Shown piece after piece: positions 49,073 through 59,400 of a DNA stretch of 64,000 nucleotides. This DNA comes from Anaerolineae bacterium (GTDB lineage: Bacteria > Chloroflexota > Anaerolineae > Epilineales > JAHCIE01): assembly GCA_026129165.1 (NCBI GenBank), contig JAHCIP010000001.1, forward strand, positions 13,766-77,765, given 5' to 3'. The notes under the pieces are model-generated. The model saw only the letters and a list, made by a program, of their open reading frames with translations, was not told where the DNA came from and did not search any database. Every line of letters begins with the position of its first letter. The first letter of the stretch is position 1. The position numbers and the translations under genes were made by a program.

Positions 49073-51616
49073 CTATGCCCACTTCACCAACGTCGTCGCA
49101 AAGCGATGCGCCAGGCCGGGGTGCTTGGGCAGGACGCGCACGTTAAAGGCGAGGCTGCCACTGGCGCGGGCAAGAATCTGGCCCTGGTAGGTAGACACGC
49201 CGTTCTGGCTGCTGACAAAGCTCAGCGGCGTGCTGGCGATGTCGGCAGGCTTGCCGTTACGCACATTCCAGCTCACCGCTTCGACCTGGACATCGTCGGG
49301 CGAGAGGACGCCCAGCCAGATCTGGGCCGTCAGCGGGATGGACGCGCCGACAGCCAGCTGGCCTTCGCGCGGGGCATCCACCGCCAAGCCCACCTGCGGC
49401 CAGGCAGCGCGCACATGATCGAGCCAGGCGGCCAGCTTCTTGGCGGGCGCGCAGTCGTCGGCGTTGAGTTGGGCGCCAATGGCGTCGGCAGGCAGGTAGA
49501 GCTTCTCGACATACTCCTTGAGCATCCGCCGGGCGCTGAAGCGCCAGGCCAGCGTCTTAATCGCATTCTTCATGACGCGCACCCACGCCTTCGGCACGCC
49601 ATTGTCACGGGTGTAGTAAGCGGGAATCAAGTCGTGTTCCAGGGTGTCGTAGAGCGAGACAGCATCAGCCTCGTTCTGGGTCTCCTCGTTGGCGTAGGCG
49701 CGGCCCTCGCCGATGGCCCAGCCGTTCTCACTGTTGTAGCCCTCCGGCCACCAACCATCGAGGACGCTCCAGTTGGGCACGCCGTTGAGCGATGCCTTCT
49801 GGCCGCTGGTGCCGCTCGCCTCACGCGGGCGGGCCGGGTTGTTGAGCCACACATCCACCCCCTCGTTGAGGAAGCGGGCCGTCTCCATATCGTAGTCTTC
49901 GATGAAGACCACCTTGCCCGCGAACTCCGGCGTGCGGGAAAGCTGGTAAATCTGGCGGATGAGGGCCTTACCCGGCTCGTCGGCGGGATGAGCCTTGCCG
50001 GCGAAGACGAACTGCACCGGGCGGCCAGCCTGCGTGATGAGGTTATAGAAGCGCGGCAGGTCGCGCATAAAGAGCGTGGCCCGCTTGTAGGTGGCGAAGC
50101 GGCGGGCAAAGCCGATGGTCAGCGCGTTGGGGTCCAGGACGCGCTCGGCCTCGGCCAGCGCACGCGGTCCCTCGCCCAGCCGTTCACGGTGTTTGACCGT
50201 CTCTTGACGCGCATAGTCCACTAGGCGGCGCTTCAACTGGCAGTGAACGTCCCACAGCTTCTCATCGGGGACCTGGTCTATCTTTGCCCACAACTTGGGG
50301 TCGTCCAGGTGGGCGTACCAATCCTGGCCAAGATATTCCTTGTACAGTTCGTCCATCATCTGAGCCAGCCAGGTCGCGGTGTGGACGCCATTGGTAATCG
50401 AGGTGATAGGAACCTCGGCGGCGGGGAGGCCCGGCCAGAGGTCAGCCCACATGGCGCGCGACACTTCGCCGTGGAGCGCGCTTACCCCGTTGTCGAAGGA
50501 CGACAGGCGCAGCGCCAGGACCGTCATGCTGAATGTCGGCCCCCAGGGCTGATCCAGCCTCGCCAGTGATAGAAACTCCTCGCGCTCTACGCCGAGTAGC
50601 GGCCAGTAGTCGCGGAAGAAGGTGTCCATCAGGTCCAGGCTAAACGCCTCGTTGCCAGCGGCGACGGGTGTGTGGGTCGTAAACACGGTGTTAGCGGCCA
50701 CGGCCTGCCGCGCCTCCTCAAAGGCCAGCCCTTCGCCCTGGACCAGTTCACGGATGCGCTCCAGGCTGAGGAAGGCCGAGTGGCCCTCATTCATGTGCCA
50801 CACCGTAGGATGGATGCCTAAGGCACGCAGAATGCGTACTCCGCCGATGCCCAGCACGATTTCCTGGGCGATACGGAGGGCGTGGTCGCTGACGTAGAGC
50901 TTGCCGCCGAGATCGCGGTCGCTCGGCTGGTTCTTCTCCACGTCGGTATCCATCAGGTACAGCGGGATGCGGCCCACCTGGAACTTCCAGACCTTGGCAT
51001 AGACACGGCGACCGGGCAGGTCCACATAGACTTCGACCTCGCGGCCGTCGGGCGTCGTGGCGGGGGTCGCCGGCACTTCCGAGAAGCGGATCTTCTCGTA
51101 GAAAGCCTCCTGAACGCCCTCAGCCGTGATATGTTGGACAAAATAGCCCTGCGGGTAGAGGAAACCGACGCCCACCAGCGGCAGGCCCAGGTCGCTGGCC
51201 TCCTTACAGTGGTCGCCCGCCAGGACGCCCAGACCGCCGGAATAGATGGGCAGCGACTCGTGCAGGCCAAACTCTGGCGAGAAGTAGGCGATGACGGTGT
51301 TGGTCTTGTCGGGGTGGGCTTGCTTGAACCAGGTATGGTCGGCCGCCATGTAGTCGTCCAGGTCGGCCAGGACCGCGTCGTAACGCGCCAGGTAGGCCGG
51401 GTCCGTGGCGGCCCGTTCCAGGGGGCCGGACTGGACACGGCTCAGGAAGCGGACAGGGTCATGGCCTACCTCTTCCCATAGCTGAGGGTCCAGGTCAATA
51501 TACAATTGTTGTGCGGCGGGACACCATGTCCACCATAAATTGTAAGCCAGTGAATGCAGGCGGTTGAGCCGCTCTGGAATCACGGGAAAAACCGAAAATC
51601 GGCCATAGGACTGCAT
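49073..51616 (-). CDS. glgP: Alpha-glucan phosphorylase (GT35, GlgP-like with DUF3417 N-terminus)
   Basis: 847 aa. ...AYFSPEFGLHESLPIYSGGLGVLAGDHCK..., PLP-Lys region (GTSGQKASLNGVPNWSVLDGWW). Confidence 0.85.
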   Translation of the reverse strand: MQSYGRFSVFPVIPERLNRLHSLAYNLWWTWCPAAQQLYIDLDPQLWEEVGHDPVRFLSRVQSGPLERAATDPAYLARYDAVLADLDDYMAADHTWFKQAHPDKTNTVIAYFSPEFGLHESLPIYSGGLGVLAGDHCKEASDLGLPLVGVGFLYPQGYFVQHITAEGVQEAFYEKIRFSEVPATPATTPDGREVEVYVDLPGRRVYAKVWKFQVGRIPLYLMDTDVEKNQPSDRDLGGKLYVSDHALRIAQEIVLGIGGVRILRALGIHPTVWHMNEGHSAFLSLERIRELVQGEGLAFEEARQAVAANTVFTTHTPVAAGNEAFSLDLMDTFFRDYWPLLGVEREEFLSLARLDQPWGPTFSMTVLALRLSSFDNGVSALHGEVSRAMWADLWPGLPAAEVPITSITNGVHTATWLAQMMDELYKEYLGQDWYAHLDDPKLWAKIDQVPDEKLWDVHCQLKRRLVDYARQETVKHRERLGEGPRALAEAERVLDPNALTIGFARRFATYKRATLFMRDLPRFYNLITQAGRPVQFVFAGKAHPADEPGKALIRQIYQLSRTPEFAGKVVFIEDYDMETARFLNEGVDVWLNNPARPREASGTSGQKASLNGVPNWSVLDGWWPEGYNSENGWAIGEGRAYANEETQNEADAVSLYDTLEHDLIPAYYTRDNGVPKAWVRVMKNAIKTLAWRFSARRMLKEYVEKLYLPADAIGAQLNADDCAPAKKLAAWLDHVRAAWPQVGLAVDAPREGQLAVGASIPLTAQIWLGVLSPDDVQVEAVSWNVRNGKPADIASTPLSFVSSQNGVSTYQGQILARASGSLAFNVRVLPKHPGLAHRFATTLVKWA

Positions 51617-51779
51617 AGAACATCCTTGTCGAAGGTCGCGGGAGTCCCCCAGAAACCTGGATAGGTCGAGGGCACGGCCACCACCAGGAGATAGAGGAAA
51701 AAGGCTGCATTTTCCCCGTGACTATTCTAGCAGAAAGCGGGGCCAGGGACAAACCATCAGGGGGCGGTAGGAACTGTTT

Positions 51780-51885
51780 GATGGGGTGCATATACTATAG
51801 TCAGTACTAGTCAGTAGCCAGTCGTCAGTAGACACTAGCCAGTCGTCGGTAGTCGGTAGCCAGTCGTCGGTGAATAGTAGAAGGA
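51780..51885 (+). repeat. Tandem short repeats (TAGTCAGTA and AGCCAGTCGTCGGT units) in the 5' leader of the aldo/keto reductase gene
   Basis: tagtcagtactagtcagtagccagtcgtcagtagacactagccagtcgtcggtagtcggtagccagtcgtcggtg, 10-110 bp upstream of start 51891. Confidence 0.7.
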
Positions 51886-51890
51886 GCTAA

Positions 51891-52874
51891 GTGATGCGAC
51901 AACGCCAGTTGGGCCGCCAGGGGCTAGGGGTGTCCGAGATGGGGCTGGGCTGTATGGGCATGTCCGACTTGTACGGGGGGCGCGATGAGAGCGAAGCCGT
52001 TGCCACGCTTCACCGCGCCCTCGACCTGGGGTTGACCTTCCTGGATACGTCTGATATGTACGGACCGTTCACCAATGAGCGCCTCGTCGGCCAGGCCATC
52101 CGCGACCGACGCGACGAGGTCGTTCTGGCGACTAAGTTCGGCAATCAGCGCGCGGAAGACGGCCGCTGGCTCGGTGTGCGCGGCGATGCCGAGTACGTGC
52201 GTCAGGCATGTGACGCCTCGCTGCACCGCCTGGGCGTGGATCACATTGATCTCTACTATCAGCACCGCGTAGACCCGAAAGTCCCCATCGAGGAGACGGT
52301 CGGCGCGATGGCGGAGTTGGTGCACGCGGGTAAGGTGCGCTACCTGGGCCTATCGGAGGCCGCGCCAGCGACCATCCGCCGCGCCCACGCCGTCCACCCC
52401 ATCACCGCGCTCCAGACCGAGTACTCGCTCTGGACAAGGGAGGTCGAGGCCGAGATTTTGCCAACGGTGCGCGAGTTGGGCATCGGGTTTGTCGCGTACA
52501 GCCCGCTTGGGCGCGGCTTCCTGACCGGGCGCATCACTAAGCCAGAAGACCTCGAAGCGGCCGATTCACGGCGTGGTATGCCCCGCTTCCAGGGCGAGAA
52601 TTTCCAGCGCAACCTAGACATCGTAGAGCGCATCCAGGCGCTCGCGGCTGAGAAGGGCGTCACACCCGCCCAACTAGCGCTGGCATGGGTACTGGCCCAA
52701 GGTAAGGACATTGTGCCAATTGTTGGAACCAAGCACCGCGTCTACCTGGAGGAAAACGTCCAGGCAGTGAATATTGAGTTGACGGCGGAGGACTTGGCTG
52801 GTATCGGAGCCGCGCTTCCGCCCGGCATCACGGCGGGCGAGCGCTATGCCAATATGGCGTCGGTCAATCGCTAG
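51891..52874 (+). CDS. Aldo/keto reductase (Tas/YajO-like)
   Basis: 327 aa. [45 protein letters not shown] motifs. Confidence 0.85.
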   Translation: MMRQRQLGRQGLGVSEMGLGCMGMSDLYGGRDESEAVATLHRALDLGLTFLDTSDMYGPFTNERLVGQAIRDRRDEVVLATKFGNQRAEDGRWLGVRGDAEYVRQACDASLHRLGVDHIDLYYQHRVDPKVPIEETVGAMAELVHAGKVRYLGLSEAAPATIRRAHAVHPITALQTEYSLWTREVEAEILPTVRELGIGFVAYSPLGRGFLTGRITKPEDLEAADSRRGMPRFQGENFQRNLDIVERIQALAAEKGVTPAQLALAWVLAQGKDIVPIVGTKHRVYLEENVQAVNIELTAEDLAGIGAALPPGITAGERYANMASVNR

Positions 52875-52913
52875 CCGCTAGTTGCCAGCGCCCACTTTGA
52901 CGCGGCGTATGGG

Positions 52914-54263
52914 ATGGGCTACAATGCCAGCCTCACGCCAAAACAGGAGCCGCCTGTGACCTCAACCGCTATTGTCGCTCAGGCCGAAGCCCAGATTCGC
53001 GCCCACACCATTCCTGGTCTTGACGGCCTGGACAACGACGCGATTTTCCCCAACTACGGTGGACTGTCCATTGCCAACATCGCGCCTACCTTCGCCTCGC
53101 TGTTGGGCATCGAGGCGGGCGGCACGCCTCTCTGGGACCCCCTCTGGGAGCCGTATCGCGGTCGGGTGGACCGAGTCGTCTTTATCATCCTCGACGCGCT
53201 GGGCTACCTCCAACTGCGCGAGGCATTGGACGCCGATCCAGGGGCTAACTTCCACCGCATAGCGCAGGCTGGCCTCCTCGTCCCCCTCACCTCTGTCTTT
53301 CCTTCGACCACCACCGCCGCCACGACTACCTTCGCCACAGGCCGCGCGCCCCTGGAACATGGCCTGCTGGGCTACGAGTTGTTCCTGCGCGAGTTCTCGC
53401 GCGCGGCGAACATGATTCTCCTCAGCGGGCGCGGGGCCAGGCGGTCGGGCGAACTGGTGGACCTGGGGCTGAAGTACGACACCTTTGTGCCGGTCCCCAG
53501 CGTGGCGCAGCGCCTGGCTGTCGAAGGGATCCCCACGTTTGTCATGCTGCCCTACAATATCCTGGACAGCGGCCTGTCCAAACTCCAGTATCGTGGTGGC
53601 AAGATGGTCCCCTATCTCAGTTCGGCGGATATGTGGGTGGGCGTGCGCCACCTGCTCACCGCGCGGCCGGGCCCCGCGCTGATCTCGGTCTACTGGCCGG
53701 GCGTGGACAGCGCCGCCCACCACTACGGTCCCGACACGGAGATGACCAAGGCCGAGATTCGCAACCTGGCCTACTCACTGGGCCGCGAGCTACTCGACGG
53801 CCTGCCCGCCAGCGCCCGGCGGCGGACCCTACTCGTCATCAGCGCCGATCACGGCCAGATGCGCTCGCAGCCCCAGGACGCCATGGAGTTGGCGCATCAC
53901 CCCGACCTGGCCCGACGTCTGCTGTTCGCGCCGACGGGCGAGGCGCGCACGGCCTATCTGTACGCGCGTCAGGGCGAGAAGGCGGCCGTGCTGGACTATC
54001 TGCGTCAGACGCTAGGGCAGCAGTTCGCCGCCTGGGACAGCGACGCGGCCTATGCCAGCGGGCTGTTTGGCCCAGCCGCTAGCGCGGCCCCCGAAGCCCG
54101 CTCCCGCCTGGGTGACGTGGTCCTCGTGGCCCGCCAGACGTATTCCCTCCAGGTCGAGGGCGTGCACAAGCCGCCGGCTGAGATGCCCGGCCGCCACGGC
54201 GCGCTCAGCCCGGCCGAGATGCTCGTGCCCTGGCTGGCGGCGCATCTAGAGGATGTGGCATAA
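52914..54263 (+). CDS. Alkaline-phosphatase-superfamily protein (type I phosphodiesterase / nucleotide pyrophosphatase-like)
   Basis: 449 aa. FIILDALGY (metal-site Asp), FPSTT (nucleophile Thr/Ser region), LLVISADHGQ (DHG metal-binding) in AP-superfamily order. Confidence 0.5.
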   Translation: MGYNASLTPKQEPPVTSTAIVAQAEAQIRAHTIPGLDGLDNDAIFPNYGGLSIANIAPTFASLLGIEAGGTPLWDPLWEPYRGRVDRVVFIILDALGYLQLREALDADPGANFHRIAQAGLLVPLTSVFPSTTTAATTTFATGRAPLEHGLLGYELFLREFSRAANMILLSGRGARRSGELVDLGLKYDTFVPVPSVAQRLAVEGIPTFVMLPYNILDSGLSKLQYRGGKMVPYLSSADMWVGVRHLLTARPGPALISVYWPGVDSAAHHYGPDTEMTKAEIRNLAYSLGRELLDGLPASARRRTLLVISADHGQMRSQPQDAMELAHHPDLARRLLFAPTGEARTAYLYARQGEKAAVLDYLRQTLGQQFAAWDSDAAYASGLFGPAASAAPEARSRLGDVVLVARQTYSLQVEGVHKPPAEMPGRHGALSPAEMLVPWLAAHLEDVA

Positions 54264-54287
54264 GGAATAGGGATTAAGGATAAGGGA

Positions 54288-54743
54288 GTGGGGATGCAGG
54301 AGTCAGGTTTGCAGGTCACAGGCGCACCGAGACCGCGCACGGCGCAACTGCGCGTGCGGCGCATCGGTTACCTCGCGCTGGCGAAGTTCGGCTGCCTGCT
54401 GGGCGGGCTGGCGATGATCCTGCCGGGCCTGGTGTGCGGCTTGGTGAGCGTGAACCTGGTCCACGTGGTGCGGGCCTGGCTCGAAAGCTGGCAGCAATTC
54501 AGCCTGATCCTGCTAGGCCAGAACCTCGGCTCGCTCGACCTGATTAACGCCCTGCGCCTGACCGCCGTGCTGGAGCGGCTGCGCCTGCTGGACCAGACGA
54601 GTCCCGTGGCGCTGCTGAGCATTACGGTGGCTGTCTCGCTCCTCGGCGGACTGCTGCTGGCGCTCGTCGTGTGCCTGGTCGGCCTGGGCTACAATGTCCT
54701 GGCCTGGTTGACGGGCGGTCTCACGCTCGAGGTAGAGGAATGA
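54288..54743 (+). CDS. Small polytopic membrane protein, unknown function
   Basis: 151 aa, 3-4 hydrophobic helices. RBS-like GGGAGTGGGG upstream. Confidence 0.35.
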   Translation: MGMQESGLQVTGAPRPRTAQLRVRRIGYLALAKFGCLLGGLAMILPGLVCGLVSVNLVHVVRAWLESWQQFSLILLGQNLGSLDLINALRLTAVLERLRLLDQTSPVALLSITVAVSLLGGLLLALVVCLVGLGYNVLAWLTGGLTLEVEE

Positions 54744-55032
54744 GGGCTGGGGTGGCGAGCCGGGCAGGGCGAGACGTCGGGGCGGCCGCGGTGGGCGAGA
54801 GGGAGGGCCGGGTGGCACGTGTGGCTGAGGGGCACGGCTGGCAGTCCGGGCGGCTGAATACGGCCCGTGTCAGGCTAATGCCATAGCTGGTAAAACACTC
54901 GTTGCAAAAATGCTGCGCGTGATCGTAATGTCCACAGTCATGCCCCTGACACTCAGGACAGCCTTTGAAAATGACGGTAACGGTAGAAGGCGAGCCGCAC
55001 AGGCCGCAGGCCGGACGCATGAAATGTCGCAT
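54721..55032 (-). CDS. Possible small zinc-ribbon protein
   Basis: MRHFMRPACGLCGSPSTVTVIFKGCPECQGHDCGHYDHAQHFCNEC: two CxxC pairs plus His cluster. C-terminal part is low-complexity antisense of the neighbouring gene, so extent is uncertain. Confidence 0.3.
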   Translation of the reverse strand: MRHFMRPACGLCGSPSTVTVIFKGCPECQGHDCGHYDHAQHFCNECFTSYGISLTRAVFSRPDCQPCPSATRATRPSLSPTAAAPTSRPARLATPALIPLPRA

Positions 55033-55270
55033 GGCGATGTCCCTCTTGACAAACGGAGACGAATGCACTGCCCCCAGTATAGCAAGCGGCGTACCACTCT
55101 GCCATAACCGGCTTCACAGGCAATCTGTGAAGCCGGTTACACTAATGTCTGACGACTACCTGGCTATTTCCCACGTAGACTGGCCTGCCGCGCCAACCTC
55201 GGTATAATCTATGCGTATAGAAGATGGATGTCGAATAAGCGTGCACAACAGGGGCGAGAAAGTATAGCGT

Positions 55271-55996
55271 ATGAAAACGTTGATGGCCTACTATCGGGAA
55301 CGCGAGGCGGCGCTCCGTCAGAGCCTCGACAAGGCCGCGACGGTGGCCGATGCCGTCGTCCTTTTACAGCAGGAGTTAACCTGGCTGGAAGGGGTCATCA
55401 GCGGCGGGCTGACGCTGCCCCAGCAGCGCGCCCTCGTCACCATGTTCGAGGTGCTGCGGGCGTCGCTGCGCGGTCTCAAAGACGGGGTGCGGCTGGACCG
55501 TGTCCCCCAGTCGCGGACCATCCTGTACGACATTGTCCAGGGAGTGCTGCGCATGATGGGCCTGGGCGCGTCCCCGGATGGCGGCGCGGCGCGGACCTTG
55601 TTTCGCGTGCGGCTGGACGCCAACGCCTATCTCCAGCACTTCGCGCAGGGCCTGACCACCGTGGACCGCTGGCTTGCCGAACAGCCGACGGCCGCGCCCC
55701 AGGAGGACCGCCGCGACCTGCTCGAATTCCTCCAGCGTCTCATGGGGGACGCCCACACCGGCGACACGGCGCTGCTGGCCGAACGGCTGGAAGGGCTGCC
55801 GCAGGTGATGGAGCGTTACGGCATGCGCTATGTGTACTATGACCCGACCATGCCGTCGCGCTCGCCCGCCGCTCGCCGTCTGTTCAAGTTTGAGCCGAGC
55901 CTCGACCCAGGCCAGCGCCAGCCGCAGACCCTCCTGCCTGCCGTCGTCCAGGGCGACGAGGTGCTGTTCCGCGGCCTGGTCACGGAACCCAGGTAA
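55271..55996 (+). CDS. Hypothetical helical protein (241 aa), no recognised domain
   Basis: Complete ORF with plausible start. Predicted all-alpha. Confidence 0.35.
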   Translation: MKTLMAYYREREAALRQSLDKAATVADAVVLLQQELTWLEGVISGGLTLPQQRALVTMFEVLRASLRGLKDGVRLDRVPQSRTILYDIVQGVLRMMGLGASPDGGAARTLFRVRLDANAYLQHFAQGLTTVDRWLAEQPTAAPQEDRRDLLEFLQRLMGDAHTGDTALLAERLEGLPQVMERYGMRYVYYDPTMPSRSPAARRLFKFEPSLDPGQRQPQTLLPAVVQGDEVLFRGLVTEPR

Positions 55997-56014
55997 CGCT
56001 CAGGAGACTCTAGC

Positions 56015-56383
56015 ATGGCCGACCCCATGTATGACAGGCGCGATCAGTACGAGAAAGTCCAGGAGGTCCTGCTGCCCGGTGAGCAGGTCGAAGCCGTGTT
56101 TGACCTGATTGGGACGGGGACGGGCTTCGTGGGGATTACGTCCCACCGGCTCATTGTGTACGACAAGGCGTTCTTGCGCAAGATGAAGGCAGTCGTCTCC
56201 ATCCCCTATAATCGCGTCCTGACCCTCGCGGCTGAGGACCAGTCCGGGCTGATGACCGGACGCGGCTTCTTCGGCAGCAGCCACCTGATCATTACGACGA
56301 GCCACGGCGAGCACGATTTCGAGTTCCGTGGCGCGGACAAAGCGCACCTGGCCCATAATCTGATTCTGAGGCACATCCTGTAA
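56015..56383 (+). CDS. Bacterial PH-domain (bPH_2/YdbS-like, DUF304) protein
   Basis: 122 aa. LLPGEQVEAVFDLIG....FVGITSHRLIVYD pattern typical of bPH_2. Confidence 0.5.
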   Translation: MADPMYDRRDQYEKVQEVLLPGEQVEAVFDLIGTGTGFVGITSHRLIVYDKAFLRKMKAVVSIPYNRVLTLAAEDQSGLMTGRGFFGSSHLIITTSHGEHDFEFRGADKAHLAHNLILRHIL

Positions 56384-56406
56384 GTCCGTTACCCGGAAGA
56401 GGAGCC

Positions 56407-57249
56407 ATGCTCAACCCGATTCGCTGGCTGACCCCCATCCTCTTGCTCGCGCTCGCCCTGGCCTTCGTCGGGCCAGCCGCCGCTGATGAGCCGCCCGCGC
56501 CGCGCGGGCGGGTCTTCCTCGACCCCGGCCACGGCGGCCCGGATCCAGGGGCCGTCTTCTACGGCGACGGCTTTACGGTCAGGGAGGCCGAAGTCAACCT
56601 GGGCGTCGCGCTGCTGACGGCAGACCGCCTGCGGGCGCGCGGCTTTGAGGTCTTCCTCTCGCGTGAAACCAACGACCAGGCCGGGGGGAGCGAGGACGCC
56701 AACGGCGACGGCCGCGTGACGACCCGCGACGGCCTGCAATCGGTGGTGGACGAGGCCAACCGCAGCGGGGCCGACCTGTTCCTGTCCATCCACCACAACG
56801 GCAGCACCAACCGCGCGGCGTCCGGCACCGAGGTCTACTACTGCGCCGACCGCCCCTTCGCCGACGCCTCGTTCGGCTTTGGCGCGTTGGTGTTGAATCA
56901 CCTGCTCGCCAAGCTCCAGGCGCAAGGCTACACCTCGTACAACCGGGGTGTCATGGATGACAGCGCCCTCTACACGCGCGGCGCGTACCGCGGCCACCTG
57001 TTTGTCCTGGGGCCGCTCCGCTCGCCACGACCTGCGGTTGGGCCGAGGACCGATGCTGGGCCACGTCCTGACGCTTTTCCCTCGGCCCGTTCCGCGCCCA
57101 AGCTCCGCGCCACCGAGATGCCCGGTGTCCTGTCCGAAGCCTTGTTTGTGAGCAACCCGACCGAAGCCTGGCTGCTGAGCCAGCCGCGCATCCAGGCGGC
57201 GCTGGCCGATGCCTTTGCCGATGCCGTGGATGACTACTTTACGCCGTGA
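56407..57249 (+). CDS. N-acetylmuramoyl-L-alanine amidase (Amidase_3) with signal peptide
   Basis: 280 aa. VFLDPGHGGPDPGAV, ADLFLSIHHNG, GTEVYYC motifs (Zn ligands His/Glu/His). Confidence 0.8.
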   Translation: MLNPIRWLTPILLLALALAFVGPAAADEPPAPRGRVFLDPGHGGPDPGAVFYGDGFTVREAEVNLGVALLTADRLRARGFEVFLSRETNDQAGGSEDANGDGRVTTRDGLQSVVDEANRSGADLFLSIHHNGSTNRAASGTEVYYCADRPFADASFGFGALVLNHLLAKLQAQGYTSYNRGVMDDSALYTRGAYRGHLFVLGPLRSPRPAVGPRTDAGPRPDAFPSARSAPKLRATEMPGVLSEALFVSNPTEAWLLSQPRIQAALADAFADAVDDYFTP

Positions 57250-59260
57250 CCGGCTCTGGCCGCTGGCGCTGACCCTGCTGGCGGCCTTGCTCCTGGCCTA
57301 CACCCTCCAGCCGGACATCAACGGCAGCCATGATGCGTACATGGAGGATGTGGGCGAGTTCCAGAATGTGCTGGCCCACTGGGGTACGGCGCACAGTCCG
57401 GGCTACCCTCTCTATTCGCTGGTTGGCGCGGCCTTCGTGGCGGGCGTACACCTGGCCGGCGTGCCCTATGCCCTGGCCGCGTCGCTGTTTTCGGCCGTTA
57501 TCACCCTGGCCGCTCTGCTCGGTCTGTACTATCTGTTGCGGGTTCTGGATGTAATGCCGCCCCTGGCGGCGCTGGCGTGCCTCGTCCTCGCCGCCACGCG
57601 CCCGGTCTGGGTCCACGCCTCGGTGGCCGAAGTCTACGCCCCTGTACTCGGCTTCATCGTCCTGGCCCACCTGATCGCCGTCCAGTGGAGGCGCGACCGC
57701 CGCCCCAAACGCCTCTACCAACTCCTGGCGACGCTAGGCTTCGGCGTCGGGCATCACCCGCTCGTCGGGCTGGCCGCGCCGGGGCTGGCGCTGTTCGTCG
57801 CCCCGCTGGCCCTCCGCGCGCTCTGGGAACGCCCTCGCCGCCTCCTCCCGGCCCTGGTCAGCCTGCTGGCTCCCTTCCTGATCCACCTCTATCAGCCGCT
57901 GCGGGCCTGGACCGGCGCGGCCTGGGTCTACGGCCAGCCGAGGACCTGGGACGGCTTCTGGTTCCAGGTCACGGCCCGCGAGTATGCTTCGCTGCTGCGG
58001 CCTAGCCTGGCGCCGGGCGTCCTGGCCGAGGGTATGCTCCATGCGCTTACTTCGCTGGCGGGGGACCTGACCTGGCCGCTGCTGGTGGTGGGGATCGTGG
58101 GGCTGGTGGTGGGTGTGGTGCGAGGAGAATGGCCGCCGACTCAAGTCGGGGCTAGCGGGCCTGACGGCCAAAGCGTCTACCCTGAGTACAGAGCACTTCG
58201 CACCTCTGTGGACGCGGCTGTCTCTCGTCCGCGAAGGCGGACGGCCAGCCGAAGGCTTCCTAGGCCCGACTTCCAGTCGGCGCCCCCCCTGCTTGCCCTG
58301 TCGTTCGCGACGCTCGTCGTCGTCAATGTCGGCTTCGCCAGCTTCTACCCCCGCGCCGTCTTTCTGTCGGCGACGCTCATGCCGGCGCTGCTGGGGCTGA
58401 CCGTCGGCGTCGGGCTAGCGGCCCAGGCGGTCGTCAGTCGGTGGCGGGCCGCGCTGCCGCTTGCGGCTGGCGGTCTGGCCCTGGCCTCAGTGGTCCTGGT
58501 CGTGGGTAACGCCTCCTTCGTGCGCGGCCTGACTTACGACCCGTATGGCCGCCAGCGCATCGAGACGACGGCTCGCGCCGGCCTCCAACCGCCCGATCCC
58601 ATCCTGGTCGCCGCCTGGGGCCGTGACTATTTCGCCCTGGCGTATGGGGAGCTTACCGGGGCGCTGCCGCCCTTGGGCATGGTGGATCACCGCGCCAATA
58701 TGGCCGAACTGGTCGAGAGCGGCCGGCCGGTGTATGTCGTCAGCCCGACGTTCTACACGTTGCCCTTCGACTGGTGGCAGAAGCGGCTGGGCCGCGCCCG
58801 CCTGACGTCGTACCCTGGCGACCTGGTGCGAGTCTCCAACGAACGCCTCCTGGGTGATGAGGATCTGCCGGCTGGGGCCACCCCAGTTGTCATGGGGCCG
58901 ATCACGCTACGCGGCTGGCAGGCGACGCCGCAGGACGGCGGCCGCGCCTGGGCCTTGACCCTCTACTGGACCGCGCCCGAACGAGTCCGCGAGGACTACA
59001 GCGTCTTTGTCCACGTGTCCGACCGCGACCAGATTGACGGCCCAGACGCCATCATCGCCCAGGCCGACCGTGGCGCGCCCGTCTACGGCTGGTATCCTAC
59101 CTCGCGCTGGTCACGGGATGAGATCGTGCGCGACGACTACCTGATTCCGATCCCCGATGGCAAGACGGCCCGGCTCATCGCGGTCGGGCTGTACGCTCAG
59201 GACGGCCATGGCGTCTTCCAAAACCTCGGCCAGGCCACTATCCCCTTACCGGGCCACTAA
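57209..59260 (+). CDS. DUF2723 (TMEM260-like, GT-C-fold glycosyltransferase-like) polytopic membrane protein
   Basis: 683 aa; 5' end overlaps amidase, so start uncertain. DINGSHDAYMEDVGEFQNVLAHWGTAHSPGYPLYSLVGAAF matches the DUF2723 N-terminal signature (D..EF....G.AHPPGYPL). More than 10 TM helices plus C-terminal soluble domain. Confidence 0.6.
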   Translation: MPLPMPWMTTLRRDRLWPLALTLLAALLLAYTLQPDINGSHDAYMEDVGEFQNVLAHWGTAHSPGYPLYSLVGAAFVAGVHLAGVPYALAASLFSAVITLAALLGLYYLLRVLDVMPPLAALACLVLAATRPVWVHASVAEVYAPVLGFIVLAHLIAVQWRRDRRPKRLYQLLATLGFGVGHHPLVGLAAPGLALFVAPLALRALWERPRRLLPALVSLLAPFLIHLYQPLRAWTGAAWVYGQPRTWDGFWFQVTAREYASLLRPSLAPGVLAEGMLHALTSLAGDLTWPLLVVGIVGLVVGVVRGEWPPTQVGASGPDGQSVYPEYRALRTSVDAAVSRPRRRTASRRLPRPDFQSAPPLLALSFATLVVVNVGFASFYPRAVFLSATLMPALLGLTVGVGLAAQAVVSRWRAALPLAAGGLALASVVLVVGNASFVRGLTYDPYGRQRIETTARAGLQPPDPILVAAWGRDYFALAYGELTGALPPLGMVDHRANMAELVESGRPVYVVSPTFYTLPFDWWQKRLGRARLTSYPGDLVRVSNERLLGDEDLPAGATPVVMGPITLRGWQATPQDGGRAWALTLYWTAPERVREDYSVFVHVSDRDQIDGPDAIIAQADRGAPVYGWYPTSRWSRDEIVRDDYLIPIPDGKTARLIAVGLYAQDGHGVFQNLGQATIPLPGH

Positions 59261-59400
59261 CAACAGCGGGAACAGCCGAGGCCGGCTGGCGTGATTGTCA
59301 TGCCGAACCAAGTGAGGCATCTACTCTGGCAGGCTTTCTCAGAGCAGGCGCCTCACTATGTTCGGCATGACGGAGAGACGAGTATTTTCGCTAGGCTATT

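Noticed and set aside
52914-54263. PglZ (BREX/DISARM alkaline-phosphatase-fold protein)
   Set aside because: Only 449 aa with generic AP-superfamily metal-site motifs; the surrounding genes are housekeeping-like, and the protein is too short for PglZ.
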